Source of the DNA: Escherichia coli
Lineage (GTDB): Bacteria > Pseudomonadota > Gammaproteobacteria > Enterobacterales > Enterobacteriaceae
Direction: 5' to 3' (one strand)
Assembly: GCF_029227855.1 (NCBI RefSeq)
Contig: NZ_CP074356.1
Length of the DNA: 64,000 nt
Under the pieces are notes generated by a model that was given only the letters and a program-made list of their open reading frames with translations, was not told the DNA's origin and did not search any database. This document shows positions 1-8,827 of the stretch, in pieces. The first letter of the stretch is position 1; the number at the start of each line of letters is the position of its first letter. Both the position numbers and the translations under genes were made by a program.

Positions 1-805
1 AGCCGCCACCGGAACCGCTGTTGTCTGAATGATAACTTCTACCAGATGCTTTTTTCTGAAGTACACATAAACAGGTAAAGACCATAATGGTGGTGAAAGT
101 AAAAAAGAAGAAAAATACAGCAATGGAAAAAGTTTTATCGGAGAACAGGAATAAATCTAAAAGATAGATTGCTGAAATACAGACACTGCTTTTACATGCG
201 CGACAAAAATTACTGCCTTGATGAAAAAACCAGAAAGGGAAGAACATCACTGCAAATACCCAAAAAATAGCAAAGTAGTAATGATCGCTGGAATACGCTG
301 ATTCACTTTCTGAAGGATTAGCCGAATATTGGTGTTGTGAAGTGAGTTGGTTATTTAAAGCGATTATAGCTAACTCTAATCCCTTAGCTAATTTTTGTTG
401 TTTAAATGCGGGTATCATGTTGCTACGGATGATATCTCCAGCCAGAGCATCGGTTACCTTTTCTTCCAGCCCATAACCTACCTGGATGCGGACAGTACGA
501 TCCGACAAGGCAACAATGATCAGTATCCCATCATTGCGTTTGGCATCTCCTAAACGCCAATTGTTAAAAACCCTTGTAGCATATTGTTCAATTGTCTCGT
601 CTTTGGTTGTGGGAATAATTAATACAGCAATTTGTACTTGGGTATTATTGAAAATAGATTCTAACTTCCGCGTCAGTTCTTTCTTTTCTTGTGAGTTTAA
701 GCTACTCGTAAGATCCGTAACTTGTTGCTGTAATGATGGGACAATAGTTGGTTGGGCTGCAACAAAGGAACACACGAATGTGAACATTAGTATGAAATAG
801 CGCAT
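1..805 (-). CDS. ygcG: TPM-domain membrane protein (YgcG-like), 5' portion; gene runs off the window start
   Basis: Unbroken minus-strand frame from ATG (complement of 803-805) to position 1; absent from the ORF track only because the edge truncates it. N-terminus [19 protein letters not shown] looks like a signal peptide, followed by a TPM-like core ([14 protein letters not shown]) and a hydrophobic segment. Divergent from queE as in K-12. Recalled similarity, not a search. Confidence 0.6.
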   Translation of the reverse strand, partial: MRYFILMFTFVCSFVAAQPTIVPSLQQQVTDLTSSLNSQEKKELTRKLESIFNNTQVQIAVLIIPTTKDETIEQYATRVFNNWRLGDAKRNDGILIIVALSDRTVRIQVGYGLEEKVTDALAGDIIRSNMIPAFKQQKLAKGLELAIIALNNQLTSQHQYSANPSESESAYSSDHYYFAIFWVFAVMFFPFWFFHQGSNFCRACKSSVCISAIYLLDLFLFSDKTFSIAVFFFFFTFTTIMVFTCLCVLQKKASGRSYHSDNSGSGGG

Positions 806-1098
806 TATAAATTTCTCATTAAATCTGGATAAATAAATTGACGGCGGCATCGGTAATTTGAGATTCGTTATCATTAAAAACGAACACAGAAAAAATAAAT
901 ATAAATTTGGTGAATGTTTTTGACATGATTAAATCCCTTTACTTTATTTATTTCTGACATAATACGTTACTCCCTTTTATTATTAACGATCTGTTTCTCA
1001 TTTTTCTTTAAACCTGCCTGTAACAGAATGTTAATAAGACATGATTGTTGTGGCAGGATCTGCAATAATTAACAATTATCCACTTCACAGAGAATGCT

Positions 1099-1770
1099 AT
1101 GCAGTACCCGATTAACGAGATGTTCCAGACCCTGCAAGGTGAGGGTTACTTTACCGGCGTCCCCGCTATTTTTATTCGTTTACAGGGATGCCCGGTCGGC
1201 TGTGCCTGGTGCGACACCAAACACACATGGGAAAAGCTTGAGGATCGGGAAGTTTCCCTTTTCAGCATTCTGGGTAAAACGAAAGAGAGTGATAAGTGGG
1301 GAGCAGCAAGCAGTGAAGACTTACTCGCAGTCATCGGTCGTCAGGGATACACCGCGCGTCACGTGGTGATTACGGGTGGTGAGCCTTGCATTCATGATTT
1401 GCTACCACTGACTGACCTGCTCGAAAAGAACGGTTTTAGCTGCCAGATCGAAACCAGTGGTACTCATGAAGTACGCTGCACACCGAATACCTGGGTTACC
1501 GTATCGCCAAAGCTGAACATGCGCGGCGGCTATGAAGTGTTGTCACAGGCACTGGAGCGAGCCAACGAAATCAAGCATCCAGTGGGACGCGTGCGTGATA
1601 TTGAAGCACTGGATGAACTACTGGCAACACTGACCGATGATAAACCGCGAGTCATTGCGCTGCAGCCGATTAGCCAAAAGGAAGATGCTACTCGTTTATG
1701 TATCGATACGTGCATTGCGCGCAACTGGCGTTTGTCGATGCAAACACATAAATATTTAAATATTGCCTGA
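1099..1770 (+). CDS. queE: 7-carboxy-7-deazaguanine synthase (radical SAM, queuosine pathway)
   Basis: 223-aa ORF MQYPINEMFQTLQGEGYFTGVPAIFIRLQGCPVGCAWCDT..., matching recalled QueE/YgcF; position between ygcG and the CRISPR leader as in K-12. Confidence 0.9.
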   Translation: MQYPINEMFQTLQGEGYFTGVPAIFIRLQGCPVGCAWCDTKHTWEKLEDREVSLFSILGKTKESDKWGAASSEDLLAVIGRQGYTARHVVITGGEPCIHDLLPLTDLLEKNGFSCQIETSGTHEVRCTPNTWVTVSPKLNMRGGYEVLSQALERANEIKHPVGRVRDIEALDELLATLTDDKPRVIALQPISQKEDATRLCIDTCIARNWRLSMQTHKYLNIA

Positions 1771-1779
1771 TTAAACATT

Positions 1780-2108
1780 TATAAGCGTTATAAATGGGTG
1801 GAACCTGTAAAGACTTCTACTCATTTATATTCTTTGTCGCCTCTAAAAAACCTCCATTTTGCCCATCCTGGACTAATCATTATCATTTTCTACAAATTCT
1901 GTGGCGTTAATTTTTCGTTGGAGTGAAAATTATTACGTCGGAGTTTGGTGGATTTTAGTCGGTATAGAATTACTTTAAATATTTGGCTTTTCAATCAATG
2001 AATTAAGTGCTCTTTAACATAATGGATGTGTTGTTTGTGTGTTTCTGTTAAGTTGGTAGATTGTGACTGACTTAAAAAATCAATAATTAATAATAGGTTA
2101 TGTTTAGT
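1780..2108 (+). promoter_or_regulatory. CRISPR leader of array 1 (AT-rich, contains GTTGGTAGATTGT box also present in the array 2 leader)
   Basis: About 330 bp AT-rich non-coding sequence directly upstream of the first repeat; the box TAAGTTGGTAGATTGTGACTG near 2049-2070 recurs at 28329-28350 upstream of array 2. Confidence 0.5.
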
Positions 2109-2686
2109 GAGTTCCCCGCGCCAGCGGGGATAAACCGATTTTGGTGGCGGGGGTGACTGGGGGAATACTGAGTTCCCCGCGCCAGCGGGGATAAACCGTC
2201 CGAGCGCGTAATAGCGCGCGCCCGGAAACAGAGTTCCCCGCGCCAGCGGGGATAAACCGCGGCACCAGGGCTGAAAGGCGGGGCCGCTAAAGAGTTCCCC
2301 GCGCCAGCGGGGATAAACCGGCCAGCGGCGCTGAGTACGACGACCTGATTAAGAGTTCCCCGCGCCAGCGGGGATAAACCGTCAATACAACAGCAATGCT
2401 GGAGCTGGAAAAAGAGTTCCCCGCGCCAGCGGGGATAAACCGGTACCGTTGAGCAATGGTGGGTAAATGGTGCTGAGTTCCCCGCGCCAGCGGGGATAAA
2501 CCGATTTAGATACGGCACACAGGAATGCGCTGGATGAGTTCCCCGCGCCAGCGGGGATAAACCGCATGGGAGTCCAGATTACAAATTCCAGAATGGGAGT
2601 TCCCCGCGCCAGCGGGGATAAACCGCGTTTAGCTCCGCAATGTTGGATATCACTGATGAGTTCCCCGCACCAGCGGGAATAAACCA
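2109..2686 (+). CRISPR. Type I-E CRISPR array (orphan, queE-ygcE intergenic), 9 spacers
   Basis: Nine 29-bp repeats GAGTTCCCCGCGCCAGCGGGGATAAACCG at a 61-bp period (2109, 2170 ... 2597) plus a degenerate terminal repeat at 2658-2686; nine unique 32-bp spacers; leader on the queE side sets orientation. Confidence 0.95.
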
Positions 2687-3140
2687 CCATATAACCCGTT
2701 ATCTCTTTCTCAAGTTTTTATATTAGCAGTACTCGTATTAAGCAACATATCCACGTAACACCTCATGTTCAAAATAGCTCTCCATATATGAGAAGTTCAC
2801 AATTATCGATACAAAAAATCAAATTTAATCAAAGTGTTATTTGTATAATCCTTAAACCGTTAAGAAATTTTAACATATTATTTTTTTAATATTAATTAAT
2901 GCCTGTTAATTTTTTCTTTAGAATAACAGTGTATTTTTTAAGCTTGTTATTCATTGATTAAGTAATAAATCTGGAAATTTGTCTTTGTTTTGAGGCTAAT
3001 GAGTGATTTTACATAATCGCCTCTATACGCTGTTGATGAATAGTTCTTATGAATAAAGATATCCAGTTCATACTTTAAGTGAAAATTGATAAAGTACGGT
3101 TCGCGTTGTCTTTTATTCTAAGGACATCGAGTGTAGTTAA

Positions 3141-3278
3141 TATTCCTTGTAAAAACAGGGATAAACCGAACTAGTTAAAGTTTTTATTATGTTCCCTGCA
3201 TCAGCGGGGATAAACCGGACTTGTTATCATTTTTTAAGTTGTCGAACTTATGTTCCCCGCGCCAGCGGGGATAACCAT
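3141..3278 (+). CRISPR. Degenerate CRISPR remnant (three decayed repeat copies, one 32-bp spacer)
   Basis: Repeat-like copies at about 3141-3168 (TATTCCTTGTAAAAACAGGGATAAACCG), 3189-3217 (ATGTTCCCTGCATCAGCGGGGATAAACCG) and 3250-3278 (ATGTTCCCCGCGCCAGCGGGGATAACCAT); the last two are separated by exactly 32 bp. Confidence 0.6.
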
Positions 3279-3323
3279 TCAGGTATGTTCAGGCCGGGCA
3301 GTTTCCCGCCCGGCCTTCCTCAC

Positions 3324-4802
3324 TTACGCATTCGACCAGCTCTGGATCGAATCCGCATTCCCCAATTCCCCATGCATCACTTCATACGATTTTTTCAGGA
3401 TTACATCAGTATGTTTGGTTAACTCCTTGAAAATGCCTTTATTCATCGCGTTGTAGCGTTTGGCGTTGCTCTCAACAGGCATAAAGATATCTTTCACGCG
3501 AACCATTTTGTCGACAGCCGTTGCGTAATCCGGGTATAGCCCCAGACCTACCGCCGTATTAATCGCTGCCCCCAGGCTTGCACAACCGTTAATGGCGTTA
3601 CGGCGTGCCGGAAGGTTGAACACGTCGGCAAAAATTTGCATAAACAGATCGCTGTTCGAACCGCCGCCAGTAATGATCACATGCTTTGCAAAGTGATTCA
3701 TTTCATGACACATATTGTCGTAATTGTTCTTCAGCGTCAGCGCCACGCTTTCCAGAATCGAACGATATATCCATGCGTAATCCATGCTGGAATCAAAGCC
3801 GATCATAATCCCGCGTTTGTACGGTTCCCACGGATTGGTCAGCCAGTCCAGCACCGTCATCAGACCATTACAGCCTGGCGGCACACAAGACGCTTTTTTG
3901 TTGAGTAAATCTTCCGGTGAAAGATCCTGCGCCCTGGCATCCTGAATTAACGACTCGCCTAGCATGTCGCGCAGCCAGCTCACCGTCCACATGCCTTTGC
4001 GAATACCGTAACCTTCATACAGCAATGTTTGCGGAATAGAAGACATAATCGGCCAGTACGCTACCGGATCTTTCGGCAGTGCTTTGCCGTTCATCATCAA
4101 CGCGATGTAAGTGCCAAGAGAAATTACCGCAGTTTCATCATCCAGTAACCCGGCTCCCAGTGCTTCTACCGGTTTATCACTGGTGGTACAAACAACCGGC
4201 AGCCCAGCTGGGAAATGTGTCGCCAGCGCGGCTTGAGGAGTGATATGCCCAAGAACAGTGCCCGGCATTTGCACATCAAACAGCATATGACGGGGGATAT
4301 TAAACTTCTCCATGACTGCGGCATCTTCACTCCATGCCCAGGTCTTATAATCCACCGGCCACTGACCAAAATAGTTGGCGATATTGTCTTTAAACTCGCC
4401 GGTTAAGCGATGCGTCAGATAACCTGAAAAAGAGGTGACATATGCCACGTCAGGATTCGTATGTTCGTAAGGGCGTGTAACGCGTGCATCCTGCCAGCTA
4501 ATCAACGGCGCAGCTGGCGTGCCATCGGCTTTCAATAACGCACGGCAGCAACGGATGGATCCCAGACCAATACCGACAATATCTTCTTTATTCCCGGCAA
4601 ACTGACTCATCAAATCGTGACCGGCAAAACATAATGATGCCCATAAATCGTCGTCAGGATGTTCTGCGGTATCGGCATCTGGCGTGTGCATCGGCTGCAA
4701 TAAGCCTTTGCCTTCGCAAACCACATTACCTTCCAGATCATACATCACCACTTTTGTGCTCTGACTTCCACCATCAATCCCTATGATGTATTTTTTCGAC
4801 AT
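3324..4802 (-). CDS. ygcE: FGGY-family carbohydrate kinase
   Basis: 492-aa ORF MSKKYIIGIDGGSQSTKVVMYDL...; glycerol/xylulose-kinase-like N-terminus; K-12 synteny (yqcE-ygcE pair). Confidence 0.85.
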   Translation of the reverse strand: MSKKYIIGIDGGSQSTKVVMYDLEGNVVCEGKGLLQPMHTPDADTAEHPDDDLWASLCFAGHDLMSQFAGNKEDIVGIGLGSIRCCRALLKADGTPAAPLISWQDARVTRPYEHTNPDVAYVTSFSGYLTHRLTGEFKDNIANYFGQWPVDYKTWAWSEDAAVMEKFNIPRHMLFDVQMPGTVLGHITPQAALATHFPAGLPVVCTTSDKPVEALGAGLLDDETAVISLGTYIALMMNGKALPKDPVAYWPIMSSIPQTLLYEGYGIRKGMWTVSWLRDMLGESLIQDARAQDLSPEDLLNKKASCVPPGCNGLMTVLDWLTNPWEPYKRGIMIGFDSSMDYAWIYRSILESVALTLKNNYDNMCHEMNHFAKHVIITGGGSNSDLFMQIFADVFNLPARRNAINGCASLGAAINTAVGLGLYPDYATAVDKMVRVKDIFMPVESNAKRYNAMNKGIFKELTKHTDVILKKSYEVMHGELGNADSIQSWSNA

Positions 4803-4828
4803 GATTTTTCTCCTGTAATTTTCTGGAC

Positions 4829-6106
4829 TTACTTGCTGCTAGCCATAGCAGGGGCGCTATCAGCAGTACGAATTTTTTGGAACAGCAAAAAGGTAAAGAC
4901 GATCACCATGGCAAGCGCCGCCATGCCCATCAGCCACATATTGCGGTAGGCTTCTGCAGCGGGCAGGGTGTCTTGCCAGTAGCCGATAATCGAGTAAACG
5001 AAGACATCCGGCAGGAATCCAATCACCGAACAAATACCTACCGTGGTGCCCATAATGTAAGACGGTGTTCTCGCTTCGCCAGGGCAGGCCCAGTACAGCC
5101 CGCGTGAGGCGTAACAGGTGAATCCCAGCAGTAAAATCAGGCCAATCCCCATCGCGACCGATTGCGGGTTAGAGTTCGTGACGAGCAGGGCAGTTAACGC
5201 CAGCAAGCCGAGTACGGAAAGGATTTGGATCACGCGGGTAGGGGATTTCACTTTGCTGTAGGTGGTGATAATGCCGCCAAGTGGGCCGCACAGCGCGCGG
5301 AAGATTTTGTTGATCACAATCCCCATGTAGCTCGCCGCCACCAGCGACATGCCGTACATTTCGGTCAGATAGTTGGTGGAGTAACTCAGAATGGCGTAGA
5401 TGGTGAAGACGCCAAAAATCACCATGCTGCAATACCAGGTGGTGCTGATGCGCAAAACGGCCAGGATGTCGCTAAGCTGGAATGACTGTTTTTCTTCGTT
5501 ATTGGCACTGCGCAGATTGTTGTTATCGCTAACAAAAAACCAGCACAGAATCCCCAACAAGATGTAAACCACACTATAGATGATGATGACCGTTTTCAGA
5601 CTGGCGCTGTCATCCGGAGCGAAGCGAGAAAAGACCCACATGGTAAACACCGCCAGCGACATTACACCGACGCCGCGCAGCCCTTCCATCCAGCCCATAA
5701 TTTTCCCTTGCTCGCTATGATCGCCCAGCAATGAGGCGGCTTTAATCGACACCGACCACAGCATTAAAATAGTGGTTATCGCAAAGGCGACCTGAATACA
5801 GAGCATTACCCACAGCGGTGGATATGTTGCCATTAACAGACCCAGTAATCCGGTAATGATCATCGCGGAAGTAATCATTTTGCGGTGTGAAAATTTATCG
5901 GCAATAACGCCGCTGGGGGCATAAAGAATAATGGCCGCAATACCAAATGTACTCATTATTAAACCTATCTCGGTATTGCTGAATCCCATAAATTTCGCCA
6001 TGGGAATTTGATAAATATAACGTAAATACGCCAGGTCGAAACTAACGCCGCCGCTAAAACTAATTATCGCGAGGGTTATCCAACGGCGATATGAGTTGTG
6101 TTGCAT
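4829..6106 (-). CDS. yqcE: MFS-family transporter
   Basis: Track ORF 4829-6283; start taken at the internal ATG (MQHNSYRRWITLAIISFSGG..., 425 aa) because the upstream extension runs through the leader terminator; multiple hydrophobic helices. Confidence 0.8.
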   Translation of the reverse strand: MQHNSYRRWITLAIISFSGGVSFDLAYLRYIYQIPMAKFMGFSNTEIGLIMSTFGIAAIILYAPSGVIADKFSHRKMITSAMIITGLLGLLMATYPPLWVMLCIQVAFAITTILMLWSVSIKAASLLGDHSEQGKIMGWMEGLRGVGVMSLAVFTMWVFSRFAPDDSASLKTVIIIYSVVYILLGILCWFFVSDNNNLRSANNEEKQSFQLSDILAVLRISTTWYCSMVIFGVFTIYAILSYSTNYLTEMYGMSLVAASYMGIVINKIFRALCGPLGGIITTYSKVKSPTRVIQILSVLGLLALTALLVTNSNPQSVAMGIGLILLLGFTCYASRGLYWACPGEARTPSYIMGTTVGICSVIGFLPDVFVYSIIGYWQDTLPAAEAYRNMWLMGMAALAMVIVFTFLLFQKIRTADSAPAMASSK

Positions 6107-6130
6107 ATCGTATTCCCATTTGTAATAGAC

Positions 6131-6179
6131 AAAAAAAAAGAGAAAAGTAAGCCGCCCTTTCAGGTGGATTACTTTTCTC
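6131..6179 (-). terminator. Intrinsic terminator in the 5' leader of yqcE (11-bp stem GAGAAAAGTAA/TTACTTTTCTC followed by U9 on the minus-strand RNA)
   Basis: Perfect inverted repeat 6140-6150 / 6169-6179 followed on the minus strand by nine U (complement of A9 at 6131-6139), ending 24 nt before the yqcE ATG. Confidence 0.6.
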
Positions 6180-6354
6180 AGGTCTCTAGTAATTGCAATA
6201 AGAAATAACATGGAAAGCAGTGGTGTTGTGTGAGAGTAATCACGCTTCTGCTTTTTAAAATTATTTGACAATTCGAATATCACACTGTGATTACGATCAC
6301 ATTAGCGATTATGCCCTTATGATAAAAATTATCTCCAGTTACCAGAGATAATGA

Positions 6355-6401
6355 GAAAGGTAACTTCCCTCTCGCGGGGGAAGTTACCTTTCTTTTTTTT
6401 T
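6355..6401 (+). terminator. Intrinsic terminator in the 5' leader of ygcW (15-bp stem GAAAGGTAACTTCCC/GGGAAGTTACCTTTC followed by T9)
   Basis: Perfect 15-bp inverted repeat 6355-6369 / 6378-6392, 8-nt loop, then nine T at 6393-6401; the ygcW ATG at 6426 follows 24 nt later, so transcripts must pass the hairpin. Confidence 0.65.
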
Positions 6402-6425
6402 GCCTTACGGAAATTGGAGCTAACT

Positions 6426-7211
6426 ATGTCAATCGAATCTCTCAATGCGTTCTCAATGGATTTTTTCTCCCTGAAAGGTAAAACCGCTATTGTTACCGGC
6501 GGGAATAGCGGTTTAGGCCAGGCATTTGCCATGGCGCTGGCCAAAGCCGGCGCAAATATCTTTATTCCAAGCTTCGTTAAAGATAACGGCGAAACAAAGG
6601 GAATGATTGAAAAACAGGGTGTTGAAGTTGATTTTATGCAGGTGGATATCACCGCAAAAGGCGCGCCGCAGAAGATAATCGCCGCCTGTTGCGAACGTTT
6701 CGGTACCGTCGATATTCTGATTAACAATGCCGGTATTTGTAAGCTGAATAAGGTGCTGGACTTCGGTCGTGCCGACTGGGACCCGATGATTGATGTGAAC
6801 CTGACCGCCGCATTCGAGTTAAGCTATGAAGCTGCAAAAATTATGATCCCGCAGAAAAGCGGTAAAATCATTAATATCTGTTCATTATTCTCTTACTTAG
6901 GTGGACAATGGTCACCTGCATATTCTGCCACTAAACATGCTCTTGCCGGGTTCACCAAAGCTTATTGTGATGAACTAGGTCAATATAATATTCAGGTGAA
7001 TGGTATTGCTCCGGGATATTACGCTACCGATATCACTCTGGCGACCCGTAGTAATCCAGAAACTAACCAGCGCGTTCTTGATCATATTCCGGCAAACCGT
7101 TGGGGCGATACTCAGGATTTAATGGGCGCAGCCGTATTCCTCGCAAGTCCGGCATCGAATTATGTCAACGGACATTTATTAGTGGTCGATGGCGGTTATT
7201 TAGTGCGCTAA
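6426..7211 (+). CDS. ygcW: Short-chain dehydrogenase/reductase (SDR)
   Basis: Track ORF 6351-7211; start taken at internal ATG (MSIESLNAFSMDFFSLKGKTAIVTGGNSGLGQAF..., 261 aa) with GGAG RBS; TGxxxGxG Rossmann motif. Confidence 0.85.
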   Translation: MSIESLNAFSMDFFSLKGKTAIVTGGNSGLGQAFAMALAKAGANIFIPSFVKDNGETKGMIEKQGVEVDFMQVDITAKGAPQKIIAACCERFGTVDILINNAGICKLNKVLDFGRADWDPMIDVNLTAAFELSYEAAKIMIPQKSGKIINICSLFSYLGGQWSPAYSATKHALAGFTKAYCDELGQYNIQVNGIAPGYYATDITLATRSNPETNQRVLDHIPANRWGDTQDLMGAAVFLASPASNYVNGHLLVVDGGYLVR

Positions 7212-7280
7212 TCCATAACGGTGGTTTCTGTTTTCTCTTATTAATGATTATTCCATTTTTATTATCAGGAAGGAATTACT

Positions 7281-8735
7281 ATGTCTTTATCTCGCGCAGC
7301 GATTGTCGACCAGCTAAAGGAAATTGTTGGTGCAGATCGCGTAATTACCGATGAAACAGTATTAAAGAAAAACAGTATTGACCGTTTTCGCAAATTTCCG
7401 GATATTCATGGCATTTATACTTTGCCGATTCCGGCAGCGGTCGTAAAACTCGGTTCCACAGAACAAGTATCCCGTGTGCTGAATTTTATGAATGCGCACA
7501 AAATTAACGGTGTGCCGCGTACCGGTGCTTCCGCTACCGAAGGTGGGCTGGAAACCGTTGTGGAAAACTCGGTGGTGCTCGACGGCTCCGCCATGAATCA
7601 AATCATTAATATTGATATTGAGAATATGCAGGCCACGGCGCAATGTGGCGTTCCGCTGGAGGTGCTGGAAAACGCGTTGCGTGAAAAAGGTTACACCACG
7701 GGGCATTCTCCGCAGTCAAAGCCGCTGGCGCAGATGGGCGGCCTGGTAGCAACCCGCAGTATCGGGCAGTTCTCCACACTCTACGGCGCAATCGAAGATA
7801 TGGTCGTTGGTCTGGAAGCAGTACTGGCAGATGGCACCGTAACACGCATTAAAAACGTACCACGCCGCGCGGCAGGCCCGGACATTCGTCACATCATCAT
7901 CGGCAACGAAGGTGCATTGTGCTATATCACTGAAGTAACTGTGAAAATCTTTAAGTTCACCCCGGAAAACAACCTCTTCTACGGCTATATCCTGGAAGAC
8001 ATGAAAACCGGCTTCAACATCCTGCGTGAAATCATGGTGGAAGGGTATCGTCCGTCGATCGCTCGTTTGTATGACGCTGAAGATGGCACCCAACACTTCA
8101 CCTATTTTGCCGATGGTAAATGTGTGCTGATCTTTATGGCTGAAGGTAACCCTCGCATTGCGAAGGCGACAGGCGAAGGGATTGCGGAAATCGTGGCACG
8201 TTACCCGCAATGCCAGCGAGTGGACAGCAAGCTGATCGAAACCTGGTTTAATCACCTGAACTGGGGGCCGGATAAAGTGGCCGCTGAACGTGTGCAGATC
8301 CTCAAAACCGGCAACATGGGCTTTACCACCGAAGTGTCCGGCTGCTGGAGCTGCATCCACGAAATCTACGAAAGCGTTATTAACCGTATTCGTACCGAGT
8401 TCCCGCACGCCGACGACATCACCATGCTGGGCGGTCACTCCTCTCACAGCTACCAGAACGGTACCAACATGTACTTCGTTTACGACTACAACGTTGTTGA
8501 CTGTAAGCCGGAAGAGGAAATCGACAAGTACCACAATCCGCTCAACAAAATCATCTGCGAAGAAACCATTCGCCTCGGCGGTTCGATGGTGCACCACCAC
8601 GGTATTGGTAAACATCGCGTTCACTGGAGCAAACTGGAACACGGCAGCGCGTGGACGTTGCTGGAAGGTTTGAAAAAACAGTTCGATCCTAACGGCATTA
8701 TGAATACGGGTACTATCTATCCGATTGAAAAATAA
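7281..8735 (+). CDS. ygcU: FAD-linked oxidase (GlcD / alkyl-DHAP-synthase-like)
   Basis: 484-aa ORF MSLSRAAIVDQLKEIVGADRVITDE...; FAD-binding PCMH-type architecture by recalled similarity. Confidence 0.85.
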   Translation: MSLSRAAIVDQLKEIVGADRVITDETVLKKNSIDRFRKFPDIHGIYTLPIPAAVVKLGSTEQVSRVLNFMNAHKINGVPRTGASATEGGLETVVENSVVLDGSAMNQIINIDIENMQATAQCGVPLEVLENALREKGYTTGHSPQSKPLAQMGGLVATRSIGQFSTLYGAIEDMVVGLEAVLADGTVTRIKNVPRRAAGPDIRHIIIGNEGALCYITEVTVKIFKFTPENNLFYGYILEDMKTGFNILREIMVEGYRPSIARLYDAEDGTQHFTYFADGKCVLIFMAEGNPRIAKATGEGIAEIVARYPQCQRVDSKLIETWFNHLNWGPDKVAAERVQILKTGNMGFTTEVSGCWSCIHEIYESVINRIRTEFPHADDITMLGGHSSHSYQNGTNMYFVYDYNVVDCKPEEEIDKYHNPLNKIICEETIRLGGSMVHHHGIGKHRVHWSKLEHGSAWTLLEGLKKQFDPNGIMNTGTIYPIEK

Positions 8736-8827
8736 TGTGTGAGGCAGCGTTCCGCTATGAGGGGCGTTGCCTTTTCGGCTTCTCAGGCGAGAAGCCGTTC
8801 TTATTACCGGACAATGAAGGGGTAAAG

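Noticed and set aside
486-800. Track ORF 486-800 (+), 104 aa
   Set aside because: Lies entirely antisense within the ygcG coding frame, which has a convincing signal peptide and TPM-like core.
2087-2690. Track ORFs 2087-2518 (-) and 2382-2690 (-) with repetitive peptide sequence
   Set aside because: They are translations through the CRISPR repeats (the repeated RFIPAGAGNS / YPRWRGE motifs are the 29-bp repeat read in frame), not genes.
3189-3456. Track ORFs 3189-3422 (+) and 3250-3456 (+)
   Set aside because: They start inside the degenerate CRISPR repeats and run antisense into the 3' end of ygcE; no RBS and no protein-like features.
6329-6351. Upstream hairpin TTATCTC...GAGATAA as a classical antiterminator alternative structure
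   Set aside because: Its 3' arm ends before the terminator 5' arm begins, so it cannot by itself exclude terminator formation; kept only as a possible protein-binding structure.
6351-6425. Upstream start at 6351 for ygcW (and 6283 for yqcE)
   Set aside because: Both extensions would translate through the leader terminator hairpins and lack an RBS; the internal ATGs give the expected 261-aa and 425-aa proteins.
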